Shown one piece after another: positions 1 through 8,153 of a stretch of DNA of 15,056 bases. The translations under genes and the position numbers were made by a program. The stretch is from Candidatus Undinarchaeota archaeon. Lineage in GTDB: Archaea; SpSt-1190. Positions within the stretch are counted from its first letter, which is position 1. Every line of letters begins with the position of its first letter. The stretch spans positions 10,642 through 25,697 of the forward strand of contig CAYVAH010000005.1 of assembly GCA_964449215.1 (NCBI GenBank), read 5' to 3'. Below the pieces are notes generated by a model. That model was not told the DNA's origin. It saw only the letters and a list, made by a program, of their open reading frames with translations, and made no database searches.

Positions 1-109
1 GCGAAATCGTTGACGGCAACCGATGCTCGGTTGATCCGCATCAGGGTGCCTTCGGCACCCTCATTTTCGCTTCGCTCCACCCCCCACACGAGCAGCGGCT
101 CGTGGGTGT

Positions 110-229
110 TTATTCCTCCTCCATCTTGTTCAGAACATCCTGGAGCATGAGCTTTATCTCGTCCAGGTCTCCACGCAGGTCGTCAATTTCGTCCGACAGT
201 TCTTCAATAGCATCGAGTATGTCGTCCAT
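110..229 (-). CDS. Small acidic, probably coiled-coil protein (39 aa, MDDILDAIEELSDEIDDLRGDLDEIKLMLQDVLNKMEEE); not in the ORF track
   Basis: Hand translation of the minus strand: ATG at 229 (alternatives GTG 235, ATG 250) to TAA at 112-110; heptad-like hydrophobic pattern; TATA-like TTTAAATAA at 263-255 upstream. Confidence 0.75.
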   Translation of the reverse strand: MDDILDAIEELSDEIDDLRGDLDEIKLMLQDVLNKMEEE

Positions 230-253
230 GCTCACGCAGGTATAAGGCATCGC

Positions 254-263
254 ATTATTTAAA
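254..263. promoter_or_regulatory. TATA-like element possibly serving both divergent genes
   Basis: ATTATTTAAA lies about 20-30 nt from the minus-strand start (229/235) and the plus-strand start (284). Confidence 0.5.
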
Positions 264-283
264 CTTCTGCCCCATCACGTGCC

Positions 284-577
284 ATGTGCTTCAAGGAGAT
301 TGCCATTATCGCGTTGCTTTCAGTTTCTGTGGCTCTTGTTGGGGGCTTGATAAGTTACCCCCCATACGCGAGGCTTGCCGGGCTGACTGTTTTTATAGCC
401 GGACTTTCTCTTCTTGCCCTACGCAAGCGTGACATAAAAAGCATAAGCGAAGAGAGCCTGGAAAGGTATGCCGGGGAAGGCTCCGACAAGGCGGGCGAGT
501 CTCTGGTTAAGCGAGAAACCAGCGGCAAGAAGGGGAACCGACAGAAGACCCACAGGTCCAAAGCTAAGCGAAAATAG
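284..577 (+). CDS. Small hypothetical membrane protein (two hydrophobic segments and a charged tail)
   Basis: 97-aa ORF with two TM-like stretches in the first ~47 aa and an upstream TATA. The tail overlaps the convergent gene by 159 nt. Confidence 0.55.
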   Translation: MCFKEIAIIALLSVSVALVGGLISYPPYARLAGLTVFIAGLSLLALRKRDIKSISEESLERYAGEGSDKAGESLVKRETSGKKGNRQKTHRSKAKRK

Positions 578-1162
578 CAGGGGTAGTGCGAAGTCTCCAG
601 CTCCAACCATTCCATCACCGAAGAGCAGGGCAATGCTCTCCATCCTGCGGTCCTGGCTCACCATCAGCCAGAGAAATTTTATGTATGGTAAATATAATAT
701 TCCAACAACGTCATAGAGGCTCAGCAGAGCGAGGAGGGTCATGGCGGCTTTCGGTGTTATGAAGGGTGCGATTACCAGGGAGAAGCAAAGGACCGTTCCC
801 GCGGATGAGAGGTTGAATGCCCAGGTCTCCTTCATCTTTCTCAGGGACAGGAGAAGGAGTCCCAGCCAGAGTCCCACACCAAACAGACTGCCGAATACAT
901 AGCCGGAAAAGAAGCTTGCGAAGTCTATAATCCAGCTGAGTTTTATTTTTAGCAGTTTGAGCAGGATAAGTCCTATGGTAAGCAGGATGAGGGAGCCGAA
1001 GATTCTGGTGCTCCCCTCGACCTCTTCCCCTTTGGCGAGTTCCGGTGGCCGCAGCTCTTCCAGGTTTGGTCTGGACAGAACCAGGGGTGACAGGGCGAAG
1101 GCCACGAAGTTCAGCAGCAAAAATGCCTCAAGGGGCTTCACCCAAGGCTTAGCAAAACTCAC
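419..1162 (-). CDS. Presenilin/signal-peptide-peptidase-like GxGD intramembrane aspartyl protease (A22)
   Basis: Polytopic membrane protein with LSLYD and VGAGDFALP catalytic motifs and C-terminal FPGIP at the PAL-motif position; GTG start with a GGTGG SD-like element upstream. Confidence 0.85.
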   Translation of the reverse strand: MSFAKPWVKPLEAFLLLNFVAFALSPLVLSRPNLEELRPPELAKGEEVEGSTRIFGSLILLTIGLILLKLLKIKLSWIIDFASFFSGYVFGSLFGVGLWLGLLLLSLRKMKETWAFNLSSAGTVLCFSLVIAPFITPKAAMTLLALLSLYDVVGILYLPYIKFLWLMVSQDRRMESIALLFGDGMVGAGDFALPLLFSLSFGPVGLLSVPLLAAGFSLNQRLARLVGAFPGIPFQALFAYAFYVTLA

Positions 1163-1187
1163 TTAAATACCCCCCACCTATCCGGTT

Positions 1188-2108
1188 ATGCTCTCCATTA
1201 TGCTCAAGAAGTCAAAGGATGAAAACCTGAAGGCCCTTGACGAGCCCCTCGCGGGAAGCTGGATAAATGCTGTGAATCCTTCAAGGAAGGAAGTGAAATT
1301 TCTTATAGAGATGGGCATTCCCAAGGAGTTCATAAACAGCTCCCTTGACCTTGCAGAACAGCCGCACGTGGATGAGGAGGATTCTGCGAAGCTCTTCATA
1401 TTCAGGGTTCCCTATCTCTCAGGTGATGAGCTGGAGACAATTCCCCTCGGCATAGTTTTCACGCAAAAGTATATTGTCACAATATCGAAAAAGAAGACGA
1501 AGGTCCTCGAGGCGTTCATGAACAACCCGAAGGGTTTTTACACCACCAAACGCACGCGATTCCTGTTTCAGATTTTCTGGATGACCGTGCGGAGATACCT
1601 GAACTTCCTGTTCTACATTGATGACATGCTTGAAGAGATTGAAGACAGTGTCATGAAGTCTCTGGGCAACAGGGAAATTCTGAACGTGTTGAAGATACAG
1701 AAGGCCCTGACCTACTTCAAGAACGCCACATACGGCAACCAGAGGGTTCTTGACAAGATAATGATGGGCAAGCTTCTGCGGCTCTATGAGCAGGACGAGG
1801 ACATACTGAATGACATAATGATAGACAACCGTCAGGCTATTGAGATGATTGATACGTATCTTTCAATAACTGCCAACACCATGACTGCTTACGGGAGTAT
1901 AGTTGGTAACAATCTGAACATGCTTATGAAGTTGCTTGCCGTTCTTAGCATTACTCTGGCAATTCCTTCAATTATTGGGACGCTTTACGGCATGAATGTT
2001 CCTCTTCCCTTTCAGCACCACCCCATGACCTTCTGGGCGGTTCTGCTGGTCAGTATCTTCCTGATGCTCATTTCATTCTATGGTCTTTTCAGGCTGAAGT
2101 GGTTTTAG
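1188..2108 (+). CDS. corA: CorA-family Mg2+/Co2+ transporter
   Basis: Soluble N-domain followed by two C-terminal TM helices with the YGMN signature (LYGMNVPLP); 306 aa. Confidence 0.95.
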   Translation: MLSIMLKKSKDENLKALDEPLAGSWINAVNPSRKEVKFLIEMGIPKEFINSSLDLAEQPHVDEEDSAKLFIFRVPYLSGDELETIPLGIVFTQKYIVTISKKKTKVLEAFMNNPKGFYTTKRTRFLFQIFWMTVRRYLNFLFYIDDMLEEIEDSVMKSLGNREILNVLKIQKALTYFKNATYGNQRVLDKIMMGKLLRLYEQDEDILNDIMIDNRQAIEMIDTYLSITANTMTAYGSIVGNNLNMLMKLLAVLSITLAIPSIIGTLYGMNVPLPFQHHPMTFWAVLLVSIFLMLISFYGLFRLKWF

Positions 2109-2945
2109 TTTCTTGCAAATTTTCTTGGCTTCCTCGAGCAGTCTATACTTCCTCAGCCTTTTGTGGAGCTCATATCCCTCCGGGTGGCGGTAAAATTCAT
2201 TCCACGGCATGCGGGCGAATTTTTCCTTGTATTCCTTCAACAATTTTTTGCCATAAGGTGACAATGATGTCTTTGCTTTTTTCTGTGGCCTGTCCGGAAT
2301 TCTATCAAGCAGATTTCTTTCCCACAACTTCCTGTGAAACCCCGGGTCAATTTTTTTCAAGGCGTGTTCTGGTTGCCCGTTGTAGTGATTCCTGTAATAT
2401 CCCAGGAGGTCCTCATCGCTCATTTTTTCCCAGCTACGTTTTGCCCGTGGGATATTTTCCAACAGACCTCTTTTTTGCAACACGAGGTAAAGCCCATGGT
2501 CAACCTCATACAGCTCCTTCCTTTTGAGTCCGTCATAATTTTCTTTGTAGTATTCCAAAACCTCCTCATTGCTCTTGTCCTTCCAAATACGTTTCTGTCC
2601 GTTGTTCTTCACAGTCCAGAAAGTGCGGGGGCGCCCCGCACAATTTTTCACCACTATCCTCTTTATTGACAGTGGACACGCCTTGTCGAGTTTCGGAAGG
2701 TTGGTGTATATGGGTGTGAGTGAATACCCGGTCGCAGTTGTTAGTGCCCCCGCGTCAAGTGCAGGCCTTTTTCCATCAATGTCCTCGAGGGACTTAAAAA
2801 GAGATATCAAGGATAAGACTACGGATTCATTCGGTCTGTATCCCTTCGGGAGGTATTTCCTTATTTCTTCTCCACTGATCAGTATATGCCCTTCAAATTC
2901 CGCTTTCGGTTCTCTCCGTGTTGCGGGTCGCTCACTGCCAACCAT
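2073..2945 (-). CDS. Hypothetical protein: N-terminal winged-HTH-like domain plus three ~50-aa helical repeats
   Basis: LDAGALTTATGYSLTPIYTNLPKL...GRPRTFW resembles a wHTH with a GRP wing; repeats W..xS.E..L.YY...Y.G.....L...D.G....L..R.LL..IP. ATG 2945 preferred over TTG 2966 because of a TATA-like element at ~2965-2972. Confidence 0.75.
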   Translation of the reverse strand: MVGSERPATRREPKAEFEGHILISGEEIRKYLPKGYRPNESVVLSLISLFKSLEDIDGKRPALDAGALTTATGYSLTPIYTNLPKLDKACPLSIKRIVVKNCAGRPRTFWTVKNNGQKRIWKDKSNEEVLEYYKENYDGLKRKELYEVDHGLYLVLQKRGLLENIPRAKRSWEKMSDEDLLGYYRNHYNGQPEHALKKIDPGFHRKLWERNLLDRIPDRPQKKAKTSLSPYGKKLLKEYKEKFARMPWNEFYRHPEGYELHKRLRKYRLLEEAKKICKKLKPLQPEKTIE

Positions 2946-2986
2946 AAAGTTACTCAAGGGTAGCAATTATATTTTTATGCACTGTT

Positions 2987-5245
2987 TCAGAAGAACTTCT
3001 CCAGATTGCTTTGCTTCATCCTGAGTTCCTCCTTGCTTCCTCCCAGTGCCTCGAATATGCGCATCACCGCTGGCAGTAACTGGTTGTCCACATAGTAGTC
3101 CGCGTCATAATCCCTTGCAATGTCCGCTGGGACGGAACGGCTGGAGATGCTACTTCTCCCCGGGGTGACCACATACTCGACCAGCATGCCCGGATAAACA
3201 GGGCGCCCCATCTGCTTGAGATCCTTTGCAACCTTCACGTGTGGCCCGACTTGCTTGTAACTGCTTATGTGCTTGGTTAGCTGTGTGCGTATTACCAGCT
3301 TTTCCATGGGTGTTTCTTTGGCCCGGAGCTGTCTCACAAGGTCCTGGACATACTTCTTGGCTTCCCCGACCCTTGCCTGCAGCACCAGTCTTATCACGTG
3401 CTCCTGGGCCTCCCTCGCAAGGTCACTCCAGTCCCGCCTGACACGTTCCAGACCCTTGACGACAAGAGAACCGTCCTTCCGCATGAGCGCATATCTCTTC
3501 TTTGTCACGAAGACCCCGCTGGCGAAGAAACCCTCAAGTTCCAGCCTTATAGGCTTGGGGAACTTTTCATTCACCTCCTTCAGGAATTCCCTGACGTCCC
3601 TCTCGAACTGCCCACTGCTGGAGGTCAGCATGATTGAGTCTGTGTCCCCATAGACGACGGTGAATCCACGGAGGCTGGCGTCCTTCATGAGCTTCAGTAT
3701 GTAATCCCTTGCCCAGGAAGTGATGGCCTGGGCGGCATCCAGTTCATACCAGCGCGCGTTGGCATACCCGAGATAGCCATAAAAGCTGTTCAGGAGGAGC
3801 TTGAGGGCGTTCTGCCGGGTGTAAACTATCTTGTATTCGTGGGTTCCCCTCTTCAGCTCTTTGAGTCTTTCCTTGAGTTTCATTCTTTCCTCAAACAGGG
3901 TTCGGATGGTTTTCGGGATGAAACCCTCTTTCTTCGTGCAGAACCACGCTCCGGACGGAGCCCTGTTCTTCCTGCACTCCCTGTGCTTGCACCCCAGGGT
4001 GTCGGGGGAAATATTGTGAGCCATTATTATTGTTGGATACAGGCTCCGGAAGTCGCAGACCGCTATCGGCGAGTGGAGACCCTTGATGGGTTCCTTCACG
4101 AAGGCGCCCTCGTAGGTGAGACTCCTGCGCGTGGCGGCTTCCTTCCATCCCGGCCGGTTCGGGGCGAGCATGCCTTCCTCAAAGGACTTGCGGAGGAGGA
4201 GCCACTCCACCACCTGCCCCGGACTCATCCTTGACACATCGAAGATTGTCTGTCCTATGGACTTTGCCAGAGCATAAACCATGGGGAGGACTTCCTCGGC
4301 GAGCATGTATGTGATTCTCGCGTCCTGCAGGGAATACTCATAAAGCAGTTCTGGATTGTTCTTCCAGGCCTCTGTGATTCCAGAGGCACCGCCTATCTTG
4401 ACTTTTTCTTCCCCTATCAGCTCGGAGGCGACGGTGTTAAGGGTGAGATTTTCACTTTCCATATACTGATAGAGTATGTTTCTGATAAACATGTAGAGGT
4501 CTATGTTTACGATGCCTTTCAATCGGGGTGCCATTTCCCTTCCTTTTTTCACAAACACGATTGGTTCGCCGTTCAGCCTGAAAGGCACCTTCAGCTTCTT
4601 TGCCCTTTCCCTCAGACAGAACCAGTCAAAGCTGTCACTGTTATAGCCAACAATTACCTCCGGGGCGTAGCTCTCGACCGTGGCCAGGAACTCCCTTATC
4701 AGTGCCGCTTCGTCCTCAACCTTTGTGACCTCTTTCGAGGTGTATTCTCCCCACCCTATGACTTTTCTCAGATCCTTGCCCCAGAGGCTTACCATGATTA
4801 TGGGGCTCTTGCCAATCTCATTGTTCCCTGAAATTGTTTCTATGTCAAATGCCAGCACCTTCAGCTCGTGCAGCTCCTTCTTTCCCGGCCTGAGGTCCTG
4901 CGTGACCTCAAAAAGTGGGCGGAGTCCATGGTCAATCATGTACCTCCTTACAAAGGGCAGGTCTGCTTCCCTGACCTCCCCCCATTCCTTCAGCGCCTCG
5001 CGCAGGGGCGGCACTTTCTTGGGGTGATTGACTGTGATTTTCCACACCTTGATTTCCTTATTGAGGTCGATCCTCCTGACCTCTTCCACCTTGGGCTTAC
5101 CGGGGAGTTCCTCCTTCTTGGCGCCCTTCGCAGGAATGAGATAAAAATATGGCAGGAACCTTTCGTCCACGAGTTTGCCTCCCCTCCCGAACAGGACTGT
5201 TCTTACCCTGTCAGCGCCCTCATACCAGGCATCAAGTAAAATCAT
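2987..5245 (-). CDS. polB: Archaeal family B DNA polymerase (PolB3-like), no intein
   Basis: Exonuclease motifs FDIET, YNSDSFD, YSLQD; polymerase motifs DFRSLYPTII, KLLLNSFYG, YGDTDS, KKRY, KGLE; uracil-pocket-like PYFY/HPKKV/EADLPF; C-terminal PIP box KQSNLEKFF. ATG 5245 is preceded by a GGTGA SD. Confidence 0.98.
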   Translation of the reverse strand: MILLDAWYEGADRVRTVLFGRGGKLVDERFLPYFYLIPAKGAKKEELPGKPKVEEVRRIDLNKEIKVWKITVNHPKKVPPLREALKEWGEVREADLPFVRRYMIDHGLRPLFEVTQDLRPGKKELHELKVLAFDIETISGNNEIGKSPIIMVSLWGKDLRKVIGWGEYTSKEVTKVEDEAALIREFLATVESYAPEVIVGYNSDSFDWFCLRERAKKLKVPFRLNGEPIVFVKKGREMAPRLKGIVNIDLYMFIRNILYQYMESENLTLNTVASELIGEEKVKIGGASGITEAWKNNPELLYEYSLQDARITYMLAEEVLPMVYALAKSIGQTIFDVSRMSPGQVVEWLLLRKSFEEGMLAPNRPGWKEAATRRSLTYEGAFVKEPIKGLHSPIAVCDFRSLYPTIIMAHNISPDTLGCKHRECRKNRAPSGAWFCTKKEGFIPKTIRTLFEERMKLKERLKELKRGTHEYKIVYTRQNALKLLLNSFYGYLGYANARWYELDAAQAITSWARDYILKLMKDASLRGFTVVYGDTDSIMLTSSSGQFERDVREFLKEVNEKFPKPIRLELEGFFASGVFVTKKRYALMRKDGSLVVKGLERVRRDWSDLAREAQEHVIRLVLQARVGEAKKYVQDLVRQLRAKETPMEKLVIRTQLTKHISSYKQVGPHVKVAKDLKQMGRPVYPGMLVEYVVTPGRSSISSRSVPADIARDYDADYYVDNQLLPAVMRIFEALGGSKEELRMKQSNLEKFF

Positions 5246-5271
5246 GTTCTCACCAACAGCAAGAGATTTTA

Positions 5272-6069
5272 ATGTGGTGCCTAATAAAGTTCGTGATTCC
5301 ACTGCTGTTGCTCTTTCCCGCTCTGATATGGCCCGGAACGGGTACCGTGGCAGTTATCGAGATTCATGGCTCCATAGGTGAGGATGCCAGTGCGAGGGAT
5401 GTGGTTGACATACTCGACTCCCTGGAGGGCCATGATGCCGTTATTCTCGACATAGACTCTCCCGGCGGTTCCACAGTTGACAGCCACGAGATAGTCAGGG
5501 CTGTTTCCCGCCTGGGAATCCCCAAGGTGGCTCTGGTCCGGGGTTCCGCGACTTCCGGTGCTTACTGGGTGGCCGCCGCGACAGACCACATTGTGGCGGA
5601 CGAGCTTTCCTTTGTGGGTTCCCTGGGTGCATTGATGAGCTTTTTGAGTGTTGAAGGTCTCGCCAGGAAATACGGGGTCTCCGCGGAGGTCATAACTTAC
5701 CCCGGGAACAAGTCATTCGGCTCCGTTTTCAGGGATCTCACCCCTCAGGAAAGGGAATACGCCGAGAGGCTGACGAGGAGCGCAGCGGAATACCTGAACT
5801 CCAGCATATCAGAGCTCCGTCCATCCGCTGCGAGGTATTTCACAGGCTACCCGTTTCTTGCCAGGGATGCCCCCGAGCTTGTGGACAGTTATGGGGGATT
5901 CCGTGAAGCTGTCAGGGTCGCGGAGGAACTTTCCGGCAAGAGGTTGCGGCCCGAGTTCATATCCCCTCAAAAGGGTATCAGGGAGCTTTTCAGAGAGGCA
6001 ATTGGTTTAAGAGCCGACGCTCCTTTCAATTTCTTTAAGCTGGCCTTCCAGCTGCCTTATTATGTGTGA
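5272..6069 (+). CDS. sppA: S49 family signal peptide peptidase (SppA-like, short type)
   Basis: N-terminal hydrophobic anchor, VAVIEIHGSI, IDSPGGS, ATSGAYWVAAA, VGSLG, and a candidate catalytic Lys in GNKSFGS. Start moved to ATG 5272 to avoid overlap with polB. Confidence 0.9.
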   Translation: MWCLIKFVIPLLLLFPALIWPGTGTVAVIEIHGSIGEDASARDVVDILDSLEGHDAVILDIDSPGGSTVDSHEIVRAVSRLGIPKVALVRGSATSGAYWVAAATDHIVADELSFVGSLGALMSFLSVEGLARKYGVSAEVITYPGNKSFGSVFRDLTPQEREYAERLTRSAAEYLNSSISELRPSAARYFTGYPFLARDAPELVDSYGGFREAVRVAEELSGKRLRPEFISPQKGIRELFREAIGLRADAPFNFFKLAFQLPYYV

Positions 6070-6513
6070 GTTGTCCACGAACTCTAGCTTGCTTCCGCAG
6101 TGCTTGCAGACGAATCCCAGTTCCATTGCTTCCTCGAATGTGGTCCTTGTGCATCCATTCCCGCAGATGAAAAACTGGTGCTCCCTTTCATATTCCAGTC
6201 TTTCCCGGACCTTCGAAACCTGCTCCCTGCGGAGCCGGACTATCAGGGATTCAAGCTTGTCGTTGTAAAACTTCCACAGATAAATGTACCAGCCAGTTTC
6301 CTGGTCCTTTATCCGCCGGAACTTCACGAGACGGTTATCATAGAGCTTGTAGAGGATTTTCCGCACGGTCTTTACGTCCATCCCCAGCCGTTCCGCGAGG
6401 GAAAATTCATCCATCTCTTCTTCCTCGGCCAGTTCCCCGACAATATCGAGCGAGTTTGCCCCCGCTACCTTTGCGAGAGCGTTGATAACTTCAGGGTTTT
6501 CCAGAGAGTCCAT
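6007..6513 (-). CDS. tfe: Transcription factor E alpha subunit
   Basis: wHTH with VRKILYKL and TGWYIYLW, followed by a Zn ribbon (FFICGNGC...FEEAMELGFVCKHCG). ATG 6513 is about 25 nt from the TATA at 6537-6546; alternative ATG 6531. Confidence 0.95.
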   Translation of the reverse strand: MDSLENPEVINALAKVAGANSLDIVGELAEEEEMDEFSLAERLGMDVKTVRKILYKLYDNRLVKFRRIKDQETGWYIYLWKFYNDKLESLIVRLRREQVSKVRERLEYEREHQFFICGNGCTRTTFEEAMELGFVCKHCGSKLEFVDNSHIIRQLEGQLKEIERSVGS

Positions 6514-6565
6514 TAATACAGTATAGGGCATTTGTCATTTATATTAACCATTAATTACTCGATAG

Positions 6566-7552
6566 TTAGAACAAATAGGGACCCACCAGATTGACCACAA
6601 GGAGCGCCGTTACCACAATGGACGCGAGCCTGTGGTATTTCTCACAGAGCTCTGCCATGATTCTCCCCCCGTCCAGGATTCCCAGGGGGAGGAGATTCAT
6701 GATTCCGACTCCCAGATTGAGCTGGACGCTTATCACCAGCACCCTTGCTATGAAGCCCAGCAGCCCCCCTGTCCAGCCCCTATATTCGACGAGTGGCTGG
6801 AGGTACACACCGAGCTTTCCTTCCCCCGTAAGCCTGCCGTAAACTGTTGAGTTTGTGGTTTTCACTTCAACAGTTCCACCGGGTCCAATTTCTTTGAGGA
6901 CATCCCTCAGTTCCTCCACACTTTTGGTGCTTCTACCATTTATTGAGACTATCACATCACCGGGATGCAGATCAAGATTCGTGCTGTTGAGAACCTTCAA
7001 CCCGCTGTAATCCACGAACTTTTCCACCACAGCTCCCGCGGGGAACAGGAGGCCGAAGCACAGGAGAGCGAGGATGAAGTTACCCATTGATCCTGCCGAG
7101 AATATGCGCAACCTCGTCAGCTTCCCCTTCTTTTTCATCTTTTTTTCGTCTATCTCGACACCAGCGGCCGGTATGAAGAGGAAGGCTATGAAAGCGGCAT
7201 ATTTCGCCTTGAGGCCCTCCGCGGCGGCCGTTATACCGTGCATTCCCTCGTGGAATACAGCGAGGAGGAAGACGGCGATGAGACCCTCCACCAAGGGGAT
7301 GTAGATGGGCGACCCCGGGATGCGGACACCCGGGACCACGAGACCGACCTGAGCGGGTCCTCCCATCACAACACCAACGGCACCCTTCATGAGGAGCGCG
7401 GTTGCGACCACCATCCCCACGACCCCAACAAGTGTGGAGATGTCACCGATTCTCTTGAAGACCCGTTCGTGTTTCTTCCCGAATTCATACATAAGTTCTG
7501 CCGGTCTCTGGAACTTCACCATCAGGACGGGGAATTTCAGCTCGAGCTCCAC
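6566..7552 (-). CDS. Site-2 protease family (M50) intramembrane metalloprotease with a PDZ-like insert
   Basis: HEGMH zinc motif, AGSMGN, NLLP..LDGG, PDZ-like LHPGDVIVSING; several TM helices; TATA (TTATATAA, 7572-7579) about 25 nt upstream. Confidence 0.93.
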   Translation of the reverse strand: MELELKFPVLMVKFQRPAELMYEFGKKHERVFKRIGDISTLVGVVGMVVATALLMKGAVGVVMGGPAQVGLVVPGVRIPGSPIYIPLVEGLIAVFLLAVFHEGMHGITAAAEGLKAKYAAFIAFLFIPAAGVEIDEKKMKKKGKLTRLRIFSAGSMGNFILALLCFGLLFPAGAVVEKFVDYSGLKVLNSTNLDLHPGDVIVSINGRSTKSVEELRDVLKEIGPGGTVEVKTTNSTVYGRLTGEGKLGVYLQPLVEYRGWTGGLLGFIARVLVISVQLNLGVGIMNLLPLGILDGGRIMAELCEKYHRLASIVVTALLVVNLVGPYLF

Positions 7553-7581
7553 TGAGGGAACTGCAACCCGGTTATATAATA

Positions 7582-8133
7582 TTAGCTGCTGTTTCTGTCC
7601 CAGATTTTCAATTTTGGGCGGGTGTAATAGACTCCCACAATCCTGGAATCGCCGTCAATTTTCACTTCTATCTCTTCATTCCGGAACACCCTGTAACCCC
7701 AGTATTTGTCCCTGAGTTTGAACCCCTTTTCTTCAAGCTCTTTCTCTGTGTATGATCCGTTGGTGTCCAGCTTATATTGTTCAAGAATCTCCTCAACTTC
7801 CCTGGGAGCCATATAGACCATCTCGACTCTCCACCGTTTGTCGAAGAATCTGGTCCTTGAGAGGTGGACCCTTAATGGACCTATCCCGTAATGCTTTTCG
7901 AGGTCACCCCTGCTTTTGACCTCCTTTAGCCCCATTTCCTCCAGTTCATCCAGCCGGTATTTTTTCCCCTGCACAATTTCTTTTTCCTCCACAAGCTTCA
8001 TAACTCCGTTCCAGCTTGCGTCGATCCCACAGGCAAAATACATTATTTTCCCATTCTTCCCATCCTTGGCGACAAAGACCTGATTATGTCCCAGAAAATC
8101 GGCGAATCTCGCTCCTTTCGGAAGTTGCTCCAT
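7582..8133 (-). CDS. Hypothetical protein with two copies of a Y-x3-EL-x3-G[FL] domain
   Basis: 183-aa ORF, ATG start, TATA at ~8154-8162; internal duplication at aa ~53-107 and ~122-170. Confidence 0.8.
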   Translation of the reverse strand: MEQLPKGARFADFLGHNQVFVAKDGKNGKIMYFACGIDASWNGVMKLVEEKEIVQGKKYRLDELEEMGLKEVKSRGDLEKHYGIGPLRVHLSRTRFFDKRWRVEMVYMAPREVEEILEQYKLDTNGSYTEKELEEKGFKLRDKYWGYRVFRNEEIEVKIDGDSRIVGVYYTRPKLKIWDRNSS

Positions 8134-8153
8134 AAGACCTTTCTACTGACCAG

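Noticed and set aside
1..80. tRNA gene (four-way junction with a TTCG-containing arm)
   Set aside because: No 7-nt anticodon loop, no T-loop TTCRA consensus, and arm lengths do not fit.
2987..5245. Intein, or inactivated PolB2-type or casposon polymerase
   Set aside because: 752 aa with contiguous, intact catalytic motifs; no cas1 or terminal repeats nearby.
5149..5302. Long N-terminal extensions of sppA (5149) and polB (5302) given in the ORF track
   Set aside because: They would overlap head-to-head; family-like sequence begins at 5272 and 5245, and polB has an SD before 5245.
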